Below are positions 15,128 through 25,283 of a stretch of DNA of 64,000 nt, in pieces (position 1 is the stretch's first letter; the number at the start of each line of letters is the position of its first letter). The stretch is from the IMG/VR virus record IMGVR_UViG_3300020148_000032; one strand, given 5' to 3'. Source of the stretch: a virus (lineage: Duplodnaviria; Caudoviricetes). The notes beneath the pieces are model-generated. The model did not search any database, had not been told where the DNA came from, and saw only the letters and a program-made list of their open reading frames with translations. A program made the translations under genes and the position numbers.

Positions 15128-16912
15128 CTAACTTAATCTATTAGGTGGAGTAGTACGAGCAGCGGCTTCTCTAAAGATGGCCTCTAATTCTGAAGCGTCT
15201 TTTATAGAGCTACCAAGCATTGACTTCATGTTAGCCGTCTTATTAGTATAACTGTCAACAATTCTTTCCTCAACAGTTCTCATAATGTATGGGAAGTAAG
15301 CAATAGAATTAGTACCATCACGGTGAGCTCGACCTAATGACTGTTCAGTGTCAAGATTATTTTGACGAATATCATGAATAATAGTAATCCTTGGAGTACT
15401 CGTTGCTTTAGTTCCATCAGGGAGAATTTCGTCTTGGTGAAGACTGATGGCAGCAACAACAGTACAAAGAACTACATCGTAACGTCCTTTTTGGAAATCA
15501 ATACGAATCTGATCTTTTTCTTTAGAAGTCCTACCAGAAATCTCAGCAACTTTAATTCCTGCTTTTTCAAGAACTTCTCTATATTTATCAACAGTCTCAA
15601 GGAACTCGCATGAAATATAAACTTGATTACCATTTTCTACAAATTCAATAACCTTGTCAGACATCGCTTCTACTTTTAATAGAGAGGACTTTTGGCGATA
15701 CCTAAGTGTTTCCACGAGGGCGCCCTTAGGGTCTGACTTAGCAGGAGTGAGACGCAACCACGCACGGAATCTTGACCATGCTTCCTCATAAATAGGGTAC
15801 TGTTTAGAAGTAAGTTCAATTGGGAACGGGATTGCTTGCTGCTCAGGCCAACCAGCAATATCTTTAGGACTTCTTGCAATAAAAGGAGCGCTAGGTGATA
15901 ACAATGCTTGGCCTATACGTCGAGCATCTTTCCTTTGTATCTCTTTATTTTTCTTAAGAGCTGCTTCATAACGAGCTTGCTTTACAGGGTCATCTGAATT
16001 CTTGTCATACCAAGGAAGAGTAGCCCAAGTGTAATTAGTTTTATTTTTCTTTACGGCAAACCCTTCAGATTCTAAGAAAGCTCCCCACATATCAGGGGTA
16101 ACCTTATCAGCGCCGGGCGCTCTAGAAAGTAGCCTTGCCATCATGTTACTCATGAGAGCAAAATTAAGTGGAGTCGCTCCTGGAGTCGCTGAAGAGTAAA
16201 TCACGAAAGGTGACTGTTCGATTTTGTAAGGTTTATTAAGTTTTGCTACAGATACTGCTGCAAGGCTTGCCCTTGACATTGGATAATTCTTTAAATATTG
16301 TGACTCGTCAAAAACAATGAAATCCCAATCAATAGTAGGTTTACCTGATTTAGCAACCTGTCGATTACGAGTCCTAGTCTTTTTAGCAACTCTAGCATTA
16401 GCGGGAGCAGCTAGTAATTTGTTTAACTGTTCATAATTCACAATCAAGGGTCTCGTTAAAGCTGTTGAAATAGGATAATTATGTATTGTTTGACGCCACT
16501 GTGGCATAGCGTTTTTTGGACAAACAATAAGAAGTTTAGCTTTATTTTGGGGTTCGAAACCTCTTTTTTTAGCAATTGCAGTAACTCCAGAAAGAGTGGA
16601 AAGGGTTTTACCTAAGCCAGTTTTGTCGGCCATTAAGAAAGACGGCCAACCTTCAAAATAGGCTTTATAAATCTTCTTTGCAGCATCTTTTTGATGATCT
16701 CTAGGAGTAAAAGTTACTGAACCTTTCTCTGGAGGTAACACTTGACCGTTAAGCTCATCTTCTCTCCAACGCGCATAAGAAAAATCTAGAGCTCTAAATC
16801 TTCTTAATTCTTTTGGAAGTATGGAGCCCTCAAAGACGTGAATTTTATCTTTACCCCAATATTTTACTTTAGGGTGTTTATAGCCCCAAGGTAGGTCAAG
16901 TGTGTATCTCAA
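15128..16912 (-). CDS. SF2 (SNF2-like) helicase
   Basis: DKTGLGKT, DESQ, SATP, QSLGRAHR. Confidence 0.85.
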   Translation of the reverse strand: MRYTLDLPWGYKHPKVKYWGKDKIHVFEGSILPKELRRFRALDFSYARWREDELNGQVLPPEKGSVTFTPRDHQKDAAKKIYKAYFEGWPSFLMADKTGLGKTLSTLSGVTAIAKKRGFEPQNKAKLLIVCPKNAMPQWRQTIHNYPISTALTRPLIVNYEQLNKLLAAPANARVAKKTRTRNRQVAKSGKPTIDWDFIVFDESQYLKNYPMSRASLAAVSVAKLNKPYKIEQSPFVIYSSATPGATPLNFALMSNMMARLLSRAPGADKVTPDMWGAFLESEGFAVKKNKTNYTWATLPWYDKNSDDPVKQARYEAALKKNKEIQRKDARRIGQALLSPSAPFIARSPKDIAGWPEQQAIPFPIELTSKQYPIYEEAWSRFRAWLRLTPAKSDPKGALVETLRYRQKSSLLKVEAMSDKVIEFVENGNQVYISCEFLETVDKYREVLEKAGIKVAEISGRTSKEKDQIRIDFQKGRYDVVLCTVVAAISLHQDEILPDGTKATSTPRITIIHDIRQNNLDTEQSLGRAHRDGTNSIAYFPYIMRTVEERIVDSYTNKTANMKSMLGSSIKDASELEAIFREAAARTTPPNRLS

Positions 16913-16923
16913 TTCGCTGTCCT

Positions 16924-17046
16924 TTAAAGTCTAGTAGAACTCATAATGACTGATTGCATATCAGGCGTTATGAAGAAAGTAATAAATAATGGTATAGCAA
17001 TAATGGTCAATGAAGCTACAAGTATTATTTTGTGAATTTTACTCAT
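16924..17046 (-). CDS. Small membrane protein (40 aa)
   Basis: GGAGG RBS; one hydrophobic helix. Confidence 0.55.
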   Translation of the reverse strand: MSKIHKIILVASLTIIAIPLFITFFITPDMQSVIMSSTRL

Positions 17047-17048
17047 TT

Positions 17049-17213
17049 TTATTCCTCCCAATCAAAAGTTCCGTAATTACCATTATGAATTTCAACTGCG
17101 GCCTGATCAGAGTTATGATAATACCCATTAGAATAATTCGTATAACCAGGAGGTTTTATCTCTGTAGGAGTAGGAGGTTGAGAAACTTCATTCATTCCAT
17201 TATTAAAAGTCAT
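17049..17213 (-). CDS. Small hypothetical protein (54 aa)
   Basis: ATGA overlap with upstream stop; fills operon gap. Confidence 0.55.
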   Translation of the reverse strand: MTFNNGMNEVSQPPTPTEIKPPGYTNYSNGYYHNSDQAAVEIHNGNYGTFDWEE

Positions 17214-17500
17214 TCCTCTTCCTTTACTATTTTAAGAGAGTAATTCTCAAAATGCCATAATTTATTTAAAAGATACTCATCGTTTACTTTATACAAATAT
17301 GTATCAATAGAGTTAACACTAAGTTCTATTGCTTCGTGAATCCTCTCACCAACAGTGAAGTTATTCCTGACAACATGTGTTGACTTATTACTAATATCGG
17401 ACTTGAAGCGATCAAGTAAAGATTGTCTTACCTCACCCGAAGACAGTCCTGTTTCAACAGTTTCTTCAATTCCATCTTTAATTCTTATTACATTAAACAT
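17210..17500 (-). CDS. Hypothetical protein
   Basis: TAATG-coupled in operon. Confidence 0.75.
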   Translation of the reverse strand: MFNVIRIKDGIEETVETGLSSGEVRQSLLDRFKSDISNKSTHVVRNNFTVGERIHEAIELSVNSIDTYLYKVNDEYLLNKLWHFENYSLKIVKEEE

Positions 17501-18285
17501 TATGATACACCCAGAATATAATTAGTAAAAGCATTCGGATTATTAATATCGACCAATGAATCATCTACCATTACATCATCAACATAAATAAGTGGAAGAT
17601 GAACATTACCATTCAAACGTGGATCATTACCTACAGTAAGCAACCAATTAACGAAACTTCCAGAAGAAATAGAATCAGATGTGACTGTTGAAATCCCAAA
17701 ACTTTGAGCAGAATTCACTAATTGTTCTGAAATAACTCCCGAATCATCAGTCACCACAGTAGCACTAGTTTTTAATAATTGAATAAAATAATCCCAAGCC
17801 ATATTAGGTTGAGCCGAAGCACCCTCAGCAAAGGCCTCAGCAGCATAAATAGAAAGAGCTCCATTACTTGTTGTAATATAAACCTTCAAAGTAATAGTTC
17901 CCGATTCAACAAGAGCCTTAAGACTAATTTGATTTTGTAAAATAAAATCACGAGATTGTTGCTCAGCAAAGTCAACAAAAACTTCAACAGTCTTACCAGA
18001 TGAAGAACTTCCATTTGTAAAAATAAAAGAGGCAGGATATGTCACATCTGAACCTACCCCAAGAGCCTTATTATCGAAAGAAGCATTATCAACAGTTTGA
18101 GAATTAAGAACAAGAACATCACTGTTTTCAAGAGTAATATCTTTACTGAAATTAGTTAAAGAGTCTAAAAAGTCTTGTGCCTTACTCTCAGCCACAAGAG
18201 GACTCACTACAAAATGTACTAGAATAGCAAGAAGTATTGCTCCAATAGTCCCAAAAATTGCAAACAAACTCATTTTCTTATTCAT
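17500..18285 (-). CDS. Membrane-anchored DsbA/thioredoxin-fold-like protein lacking CxxC
   Basis: N-terminal TM; VEVFVDFAEQQSRDF where YxDFxCPxC is expected; no Cys. Confidence 0.55.
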   Translation of the reverse strand: MNKKMSLFAIFGTIGAILLAILVHFVVSPLVAESKAQDFLDSLTNFSKDITLENSDVLVLNSQTVDNASFDNKALGVGSDVTYPASFIFTNGSSSSGKTVEVFVDFAEQQSRDFILQNQISLKALVESGTITLKVYITTSNGALSIYAAEAFAEGASAQPNMAWDYFIQLLKTSATVVTDDSGVISEQLVNSAQSFGISTVTSDSISSGSFVNWLLTVGNDPRLNGNVHLPLIYVDDVMVDDSLVDINNPNAFTNYILGVS

Positions 18286-19535
18286 TAATTTACCTCATTA
18301 GTATCAAGCGTTGATTCTTGCCCAGAGCGAACAAAATCACGCGCGCGAACCTTAACTTTCTCTTGAATCTTTGAATCAATATCTTTATACACTTCAGATG
18401 ATTTCACCCAATTATCATAGAAAGTCACTACGTCTCCCATGTCGGTAAGTGTGGTAGATGCATTCTTAATTTCTTCAATTTCTTTCACATCATTAATGAC
18501 TTTGATAGACCAATTCATTGCATGTTGTGATTGAGTATTAATATTCTTCAAATCAAGTGAAGCGTACTTAGCAGGAGATAAGTTAATAATCCTCTGACGT
18601 AACATTGGAGCATCATCAAGAACAAAATTAACACCATCAGTCTGAGTATTCTTCAAATTAGAAATAACAAGATCAGTCACTTCTTGAGAATTAAGAGTTT
18701 TAGCATCAATAATTGGGAAATCTAATTGTGTGCGCTGAGGAAGAGCAACATGTTCTGGAGTAAACTTACCACTGGAATCAATATTCCAAAGAGTCCAACC
18801 GCGACCTAAAGGAACTTCCTTATCACTGAAACCTCTGCGGATAGTTGATCCGTTATAATAAATCTTCTTATTAAGGGTGTCCCTTTTACCGTCCTTAGAG
18901 CCAACCCAGCCACGTTCATGAATATGCCCGAGTAGCATATAATCCCACTCGAAATCATGCAAAAGGAAATCAGGAATAACAATTTCTCTAGGAGACTGGT
19001 CAGTATGGAGTTTCTCTTTTAACAATGGATCAATACAACTACCATGAGTGGAGAAAATATTAATATTTTCGTCTTTAGGGCGAACTTCTTTCATTGTTTC
19101 AGCTTGTTCTGAATACATATGATGAGAAATCATATGAAGAAGAATGCCGTCTCCAATTTCATGAACTACATAAGGTTCAACATGAGAGTAAATCTTTCTG
19201 AAAGGGTCATCAAGGATCTTACTTCCGGCAATGTCTGCACGAATATCGTTTGTGTCATGATTTCCTGCAAGTATATAGACTAGAATGTTCGCATCAGCAA
19301 GCCGCCTAAATTGTTCTTGAGCAAAAACGACAGCGCGCACCTCAGGAGAAGGCGAATGAAAAATGTCTCCAGCAACAACAACAGCATCAACTTCTCTCTC
19401 AATTACTTGATCAATAATTTGAGAAAAAATACGATACCCGTCAGCCTCCCTCACATTAATACCGTCTGGAGTTAGGCGACGAGTTGACTTATATCCTAAA
19501 TGAAGATCACTCAAATGTCCTAATTTGAAACCCAT
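18285..19535 (-). CDS. SbcD/Mre11-family nuclease
   Basis: DLHLG, GDIFH, GNHD, GHIH metallophosphoesterase motifs. Confidence 0.9.
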   Translation of the reverse strand: MGFKLGHLSDLHLGYKSTRRLTPDGINVREADGYRIFSQIIDQVIEREVDAVVVAGDIFHSPSPEVRAVVFAQEQFRRLADANILVYILAGNHDTNDIRADIAGSKILDDPFRKIYSHVEPYVVHEIGDGILLHMISHHMYSEQAETMKEVRPKDENINIFSTHGSCIDPLLKEKLHTDQSPREIVIPDFLLHDFEWDYMLLGHIHERGWVGSKDGKRDTLNKKIYYNGSTIRRGFSDKEVPLGRGWTLWNIDSSGKFTPEHVALPQRTQLDFPIIDAKTLNSQEVTDLVISNLKNTQTDGVNFVLDDAPMLRQRIINLSPAKYASLDLKNINTQSQHAMNWSIKVINDVKEIEEIKNASTTLTDMGDVVTFYDNWVKSSEVYKDIDSKIQEKVKVRARDFVRSGQESTLDTNEVN

Positions 19536-19572
19536 AAATTCTTACATCCTCTTCTAAAGAAATGTTCATAAT

Positions 19573-20135
19573 CTATTTTAACAAAATCGACTTTAGATAT
19601 TCAGTTTTTTCTTCTTCATTCAAAAGCCTCCACTCATCTTCCCAAATATGATAAAGTGTAATATTAAGACTTTTACAAAGGAGGGTTTTATATGCTTCTT
19701 TAGAGTCAAATGTATGAGATTTGAGATCATTTAACCAAAGAGTTTTATCATGCCAATGATTCCCATTGTACTCTATTGCTTTATTAAGTTGTGGAAGGTA
19801 AAAGTCTAACTCTTTACCAGAAAGTATTTTTCTATCAGAGCATATGTGATTGATTTTAAGCTCATGTAACAATGAAGAAATAACTTTTTCCTCCTTAGAA
19901 TGAGAAATAAACATATTAGGATAAGTCTTTCCATAAACTTCTTCGTTAGTTCTTCTAATCTTGCTCATTTTGTCATTTTTTATTTTATGCGAATCTTTCG
20001 ATAACTGATATAAAGAAAGAGCTCTTCTAATAACTATATGACCAATACCATGAATTTTGTATAGATCTACGAAAGAGTTATCACTATTAATATAATTTTC
20101 AAGTAGCCACTCTCTATCAATAAGGGGTTTTTCAT
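19573..20135 (-). pseudogene. Homing-endonuclease-like gene with 1-nt frameshift after start
   Basis: ELDFYLP..AIEYNG.HWH domain; frame open to 20142 but ATG at 20135 is out of frame at an A5 run. Confidence 0.6.
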
Positions 20136-20142
20136 ACCTTCC

Positions 20143-20757
20143 CTACACTTCACTTTTTATGGTGAATGGGTAGAAGACGAGCGATCTTAAATTTATGGTT
20201 TCTTGCATTGAATCACTGTTTGTTGAATCTTTTTCATAGTAGATTCTTAAACCTACGATGATTGAGGAATCTTTTCCTTTTAGTTCTACTGGCGTATATC
20301 CATTGTTTGTTATTTTCTTATCGTTTTGTGGAAGTGAATGATAAAAGAGTATTGGAATAGAGTCATTAATGTTGATCCATTCTGAGTCATTTATTTTATA
20401 GTCTAATTCGATCACTTCAGGTATTGAGTTTCTATCTGTCATCACTACTCCTACATCTGCTAAAGCGTATTTACCAACGAGCTCTGCATTGAGTGTAAAT
20501 TGACTTATGAGTGTGTCACCTGGAGATATTCTGAAATCATCTATGTCTGTCAGCGGAATATATAACTGATAATCGTTTTGGTTTTTGAGTCCATTGTTTA
20601 AAGATGCATCAAACCATTTTTGTTCTTTGAGTGTAAAGTCTAATCGCCCAGCTTTAGTGCCATTTTGTGGCCCTGAGAGGATTAATTGTGTTGGAATTAA
20701 GAGAGATAGGAAAAGAAAAAGAGCCATTATAAAGTATATATGATAGCTCTTTTTCAT
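20143..20757 (-). CDS. Exported protein, paralog of N-terminal domain of 54839-57283
   Basis: Shared GxLD, DIxDFRIxPGDT, DYxINxxxWININD motifs. Confidence 0.75.
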   Translation of the reverse strand: MKKSYHIYFIMALFLFLSLLIPTQLILSGPQNGTKAGRLDFTLKEQKWFDASLNNGLKNQNDYQLYIPLTDIDDFRISPGDTLISQFTLNAELVGKYALADVGVVMTDRNSIPEVIELDYKINDSEWININDSIPILFYHSLPQNDKKITNNGYTPVELKGKDSSIIVGLRIYYEKDSTNSDSMQETINLRSLVFYPFTIKSEV

Positions 20758-20858
20758 GTTTCGCTTCCTTATAAAATAATGTGATGAAATATCAGATTAT
20801 TGAGTAAGTATACTGAGAGTAGAATCAATGGGCATAGTTTTATTATCAGCTCTTGCTC

Positions 20859-20897
20859 TTTACTCGAGTCTCATCGCTTACATGAGACTCGAGTAAA
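20859..20897. terminator. Perfect 16-bp hairpin after trmH-like gene
   Basis: TTTACTCGAGTCTCAT-7-ATGAGACTCGAGTAAA. Confidence 0.6.
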
Positions 20898-20903
20898 TGA
20901 GGG

Positions 20904-21476
20904 TTAAGAAAGATCGAATCGGTGCTGGCGAGTGTACTCGCTCATGATAACAGCCGCCGCCTGAGCGATGTTAATTGATCGTACCGCACCACGCTGGGGA
21001 ATATAGACCATTCCATCACAAAGATCAATAGCCTCCTTTGAAAGACCTGCCTGCTCCTCACCATAAAGGAAGGCCGACTTCTCGGGGAACTCAACATCAT
21101 AGAGAACCTTGGGGTCATACTCAAGAATATTGTCAACTGCATAAACCGTGTATCCCTCGGAATGAAGGGACTCGATCACCGGCTCGAGAGTCTCCGAATG
21201 CTGAATCCACTCGTAGTGATGCATTCCAACAGTTCCACGACGATCATAACGCCTACCGCCGACAAGGATCACGCGCTCTCCAAGGAATGCGTTATTAGCG
21301 CGAATAACTGAGGACTTGTTGAAGTCTGAAGAGAGGTTCATACAGATGTTCACGAGAGGCATTCGGCCAGAGTCGAGCGCCTCGCGAATTTGGTCTGTTT
21401 CCATGTTCATGAACTGGCTCATTACATTCTTGGTGTTGCTTCCAGAATCATCGTAAGTGATGGTATCGAGAGTCAT
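20904..21476 (-). CDS. TrmH/SpoU-family RNA 2'-O-methyltransferase
   Basis: N..SVIRANNAF, YGEEQAGLS, IPQRGAVRSINIAQA. Confidence 0.9.
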   Translation of the reverse strand: MTLDTITYDDSGSNTKNVMSQFMNMETDQIREALDSGRMPLVNICMNLSSDFNKSSVIRANNAFLGERVILVGGRRYDRRGTVGMHHYEWIQHSETLEPVIESLHSEGYTVYAVDNILEYDPKVLYDVEFPEKSAFLYGEEQAGLSKEAIDLCDGMVYIPQRGAVRSINIAQAAAVIMSEYTRQHRFDLS

Positions 21477-21515
21477 GAGGTGGAACCTTTCATTGAAGAA
21501 GTATTGAATAGGTTT

Positions 21516-21544
21516 ACTATAATATAAATCTCATGAAAAGTCAA
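21516..21544 (-). promoter_or_regulatory. Primary-sigma promoter of trmH-like gene
   Basis: TTGACT-17-TATAGT. Confidence 0.7.
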
Positions 21545-21550
21545 AAGTTT

Positions 21551-22552
21551 TTAGTATCTACTAACGCTATATCCTTTTTGATACCAAGAAACTGGATCGA
21601 CAACAACGCCTCGAGCTGGATTAGCAGCATGAACCACTAGTCCGTCACCTATATAAATAGCAATGTGACCATAATTCCATACTAGGTCACCAGGTTGAAT
21701 ATTATCCCAAGATACTGGAGTTCCATTTTTACCTTGTGTTGTGGCGGTACGAGAAACGCTTACTCCCGTTTGTGCGAATGCCCATTGAACAAGCCCAGAG
21801 CAATCAAAACTGTTAGGCCCAGCGCCTCCACTTACGTAAGAACTCCCTACCTTTGATAGGGCAACATTAGCAAAAGAGCTTGAACTTGAGTAATTATAAC
21901 CTGTAGCTGTAGCTGGAATGTTTTTAGGAGCTGAAGAAACGGCAGGTAAATCTTTAGTACCAACATTAATCACTGTTACAGTTGGTTGGGTCATAATAAT
22001 GAGGTTCTCAGTAATATTTTCTTCAAGTTCAGAATTAGTCGAATTTTTAGTGTAAAGTGTTGTTTTAATAGCGACTCCATCTACACCTTGAGTGACAATT
22101 TTTTCTTCACCTTTAAAAAGTGTAGAATCATCATGCTTTTCTATTGGTGAAGGAATAATAATTTGTTCTGAGGTTCCCTTCACTTCTTGTTTAAAAAGAG
22201 CAATAAATTGTCCACTTTCAAGAATTAATGATTCTTCTAAAGTGAGATTATTAGAAGTTCTATAAAGATCTGGATTAAGATCGTAGCTCTTGAGGAAAGA
22301 ATAAACGTTTACTTCTTCATTAGTGGTAAGTAAACGAGTTCCTTCGGAATCAGTAATCGAAATGGTAGCGTCTTTGAGGGTGGTGGTTGCTTCTATATCT
22401 GACAATTTTTCGCCGATTCCTAAGAATGGATCAGAATTATTCTGATTCGTTGGAGTGTCTGAATACCCAGCTCCTTGAGCTGAAGCGGTTGGGAAATAGA
22501 GCGGGCTTGAAATAATCAAAATAGCCAACGCTGTTAATAATACTTTTTTCAT
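21551..22552 (-). CDS. Secreted G5 + NlpC/P60 peptidoglycan endopeptidase
   Basis: Signal peptide, G5 domain, FDCSGL..GHIAIY..H. Confidence 0.9.
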   Translation of the reverse strand: MKKVLLTALAILIISSPLYFPTASAQGAGYSDTPTNQNNSDPFLGIGEKLSDIEATTTLKDATISITDSEGTRLLTTNEEVNVYSFLKSYDLNPDLYRTSNNLTLEESLILESGQFIALFKQEVKGTSEQIIIPSPIEKHDDSTLFKGEEKIVTQGVDGVAIKTTLYTKNSTNSELEENITENLIIMTQPTVTVINVGTKDLPAVSSAPKNIPATATGYNYSSSSSFANVALSKVGSSYVSGGAGPNSFDCSGLVQWAFAQTGVSVSRTATTQGKNGTPVSWDNIQPGDLVWNYGHIAIYIGDGLVVHAANPARGVVVDPVSWYQKGYSVSRY

Positions 22553-22686
22553 AGTCTCACTAGAAATACTTTACTACTCTCATAGTAAAGTATTATTCCT
22601 CTCGGTTCGGAGTTACCCTTAGCATTAAGTAACTAGTTTAGTTTACGTGTTTACAAATAAAACTTACTTTTCCAATATCGGTATTT

Positions 22687-23658
22687 TTAACCTTCAGGTA
22701 TTGAAACAATAATGACTATATTGGAATCACTGTTTGTTAACGCTCCAACTGCAGGAACAATTTGTGTTACTTGTTCAGAATCAACAGAACTAGTATTTAC
22801 TTTTACAGTCGTAATATTCTTAAATCCTAATAAGGCTAGAGTTGTTTGAGCGTCAGTAGAGTTTTTACCAATAACGTCTGGAATTTCTATAGCAACAGAA
22901 TCAACATATTTAGATACTGTTACGATAATCTCATTTGTATCGTGCTCTCCATCAGTTGGAGTTTGTCTTAGGACAACACCTGATGGAATATCACTTTCCT
23001 CCTCGATGAAAGTGACTGAAAGGTTTAGTTCTTGAGCTTCAGCTTCAACAAATTCTTGAGATTTCCCTACCCAATCAGGAATGTTAATCACACCGTTGCT
23101 GAGATAAAGAGTTACATCATCACCACTCGAGATTTTCTCCCCAACTTCGACGGAAGCTTTGACTACTCTATCTTTTGAAAGTCCTCCCTCGGAAATATAT
23201 TCAATATGTGAAATACCAACTCCAAGGTCATACAACTTCTTTTTTGCATCATCTGAACTTAACCCAGTAAGATCAGGCATTCGTGATTCTTCAGGACCTG
23301 AGCTATAAGTTAAAGTAATAGTCGTTCCTTTTGTTGTGTATTCGCCTACTTCGACGGACTGATTAATAAGTGATCCATTATAAAGGTTATCACTACTTAC
23401 TTTTTGAATTTCACATTTTAAACCGATTTCAGTAAAATTAGCGCACGGATCCTTTGTTTCGGAATATGAAATATAAGACATTGCGGATGGAACTTTTACA
23501 TAGAGTTGTGCAATTGTAAAGAAGGTAGCAATGAGTACAAGAAGCCCAATGATAATAAACTTATAACGAAGAGCTATTCTGAGAAACTTATTCTTTTCTT
23601 TTAGCTGAGGTATCTCACCAGAAAATGGGTTAGAAAGATTATCTTTTGCATGAGACAT
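22687..23658 (-). CDS. Membrane-anchored PASTA-repeat protein without kinase domain
   Basis: TM then four PASTA-like repeats (MPDLTG, IPDWVG, IPDVIG). Confidence 0.85.
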   Translation of the reverse strand: MSHAKDNLSNPFSGEIPQLKEKNKFLRIALRYKFIIIGLLVLIATFFTIAQLYVKVPSAMSYISYSETKDPCANFTEIGLKCEIQKVSSDNLYNGSLINQSVEVGEYTTKGTTITLTYSSGPEESRMPDLTGLSSDDAKKKLYDLGVGISHIEYISEGGLSKDRVVKASVEVGEKISSGDDVTLYLSNGVINIPDWVGKSQEFVEAEAQELNLSVTFIEEESDIPSGVVLRQTPTDGEHDTNEIIVTVSKYVDSVAIEIPDVIGKNSTDAQTTLALLGFKNITTVKVNTSSVDSEQVTQIVPAVGALTNSDSNIVIIVSIPEG

Positions 23659-23716
23659 ATGTTAAGTATCCTTTTGTTGTTTTGATGAACATTAAGTTTA
23701 TTTTACCAAAAAGACA

Positions 23717-25279
23717 TTAAAAAGGGTCCTTATTCATCTTTGAACGTCCAGAATTTGTCACATCCCACAAAATCTTTCGAGCAGTCCCCATAGTCAAAAG
23801 TCCCTCATAGTATGATCTATTCTCAAGAAAATTTTGTCTTTCTTCAAGGGCTCTTTTCTTTACATATTGAGAAATCTTGCGCGATCTTTCATCAATACTG
23901 TATGCTTTATCATTAAAATTCGTAATAACAAGATCATCAATAGTTCTTACTCTCGAAAGAGCAACATAACCAAGCCCTGGAGTAAAACACTTTGAAAGGT
24001 CTACAATAACACCATCAAAAGTCTGACCTTGAGATTTATGAACAGTAATAGCATACCCCAACTTAAGAGGCACTTGACTTACATAAGCGACAATTTCATC
24101 ATATGTTATTTCTTTATTACTATCAGGGTTAATAAAAGTTCTCTTTTCTGAAAGAGGATACATTTTCTTTTCAATACTGAGAACTAGTCCATTATTAAAA
24201 CGTACTCTAGGAACTCCAGACAAGAAAGTTTCTATCACTCCGATAGACCCATTAGCAAATAACTCTCCAGATACTTCGTCTCTAATATTAGAAGTAAGCA
24301 TCACTGTAGCGCCCACTTTTAACTCAATTTCTTTTGCTACACCGTTATTTTTATAAATCTTTTCGATGTTTTCCTTACGACCTGATTCTTCAGCTCGAAC
24401 AAAAATTGAGCGATTAGGGTTTTTGCTCAATTCTTTCCTATTAAAATCATCAACATTATTATTAGTGGTGAAAAGAGTTGTATAAGTCTTATGTGGATCG
24501 GGTTGTACTTTACTGGCTAACCGAGAAGAAATAAGACCTCTTGCTACATCATCAACTTTATTATTAGCGATCTTGCTAAGAAGATATTTTAATTTAACAT
24601 CAGCAGCACGATGAGTTTTATCCATATAGCAATGATGAATATTTGCATCTTTCCATGCTTGAGTTGTAATCGCATAGTCAGTGTTAAGTTTCTCGTCAGA
24701 ATCACGCCCCCTTACTGGCGGCAACTGAAGAAAATCACCAGTAATAACTAGTTGAATTCCACCAAAAGGTTCTTTATTTCTACGGAAATGTTTTAATACT
24801 TTATCTAGCTTTTCAAAAAGGTAGGCCGGAAGCATTGAGATTTCGTCAATGATAAGAACATCAGAATACTTTAGGAGCTTTGCTCTATTCCACATCATTG
24901 GTTCAATCTTTTTGGGGTTAAAAGGCTCAGTACTAATTCCCATTCCAGCCCAAGAATGAATCGTTTGCCCATTAATCAGGATAGCGGCAATCCCCGTACT
25001 TGCCGTGACAGCAATTTCAAAGTCTCCAGAAAACTCTGCGTCAATAAGATCAATGAAACGATTAATAATGGTTGTTTTACCTGAACCAGCAGGTCCACTA
25101 ATAAAGACATTTTCTCTATTAAGAAGTCTAGCTAATACTTCAGCTTGTGAAGTAAAACGATAATCTGCAAGAGCTTCATCTAAAGTTTCGTACCCGATAA
25201 AAGGATCTTTAGCAAGTTCTTGCATTTTTGCGAAACGTCTGTCTTCTTCCTTCTTCATTCTTTCAATAATTTTACTCAC
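23717..25279 (-). CDS. Pif1-family helicase
   Basis: GPAGSGKT, DEISM, FGGIQ..GDFLQLPPV, HKSQGQT, YVALSR. Confidence 0.92.
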   Translation of the reverse strand: MSKIIERMKKEEDRRFAKMQELAKDPFIGYETLDEALADYRFTSQAEVLARLLNRENVFISGPAGSGKTTIINRFIDLIDAEFSGDFEIAVTASTGIAAILINGQTIHSWAGMGISTEPFNPKKIEPMMWNRAKLLKYSDVLIIDEISMLPAYLFEKLDKVLKHFRRNKEPFGGIQLVITGDFLQLPPVRGRDSDEKLNTDYAITTQAWKDANIHHCYMDKTHRAADVKLKYLLSKIANNKVDDVARGLISSRLASKVQPDPHKTYTTLFTTNNNVDDFNRKELSKNPNRSIFVRAEESGRKENIEKIYKNNGVAKEIELKVGATVMLTSNIRDEVSGELFANGSIGVIETFLSGVPRVRFNNGLVLSIEKKMYPLSEKRTFINPDSNKEITYDEIVAYVSQVPLKLGYAITVHKSQGQTFDGVIVDLSKCFTPGLGYVALSRVRTIDDLVITNFNDKAYSIDERSRKISQYVKKRALEERQNFLENRSYYEGLLTMGTARKILWDVTNSGRSKMNKDPF

Positions 25280-25283
25280 GTAC

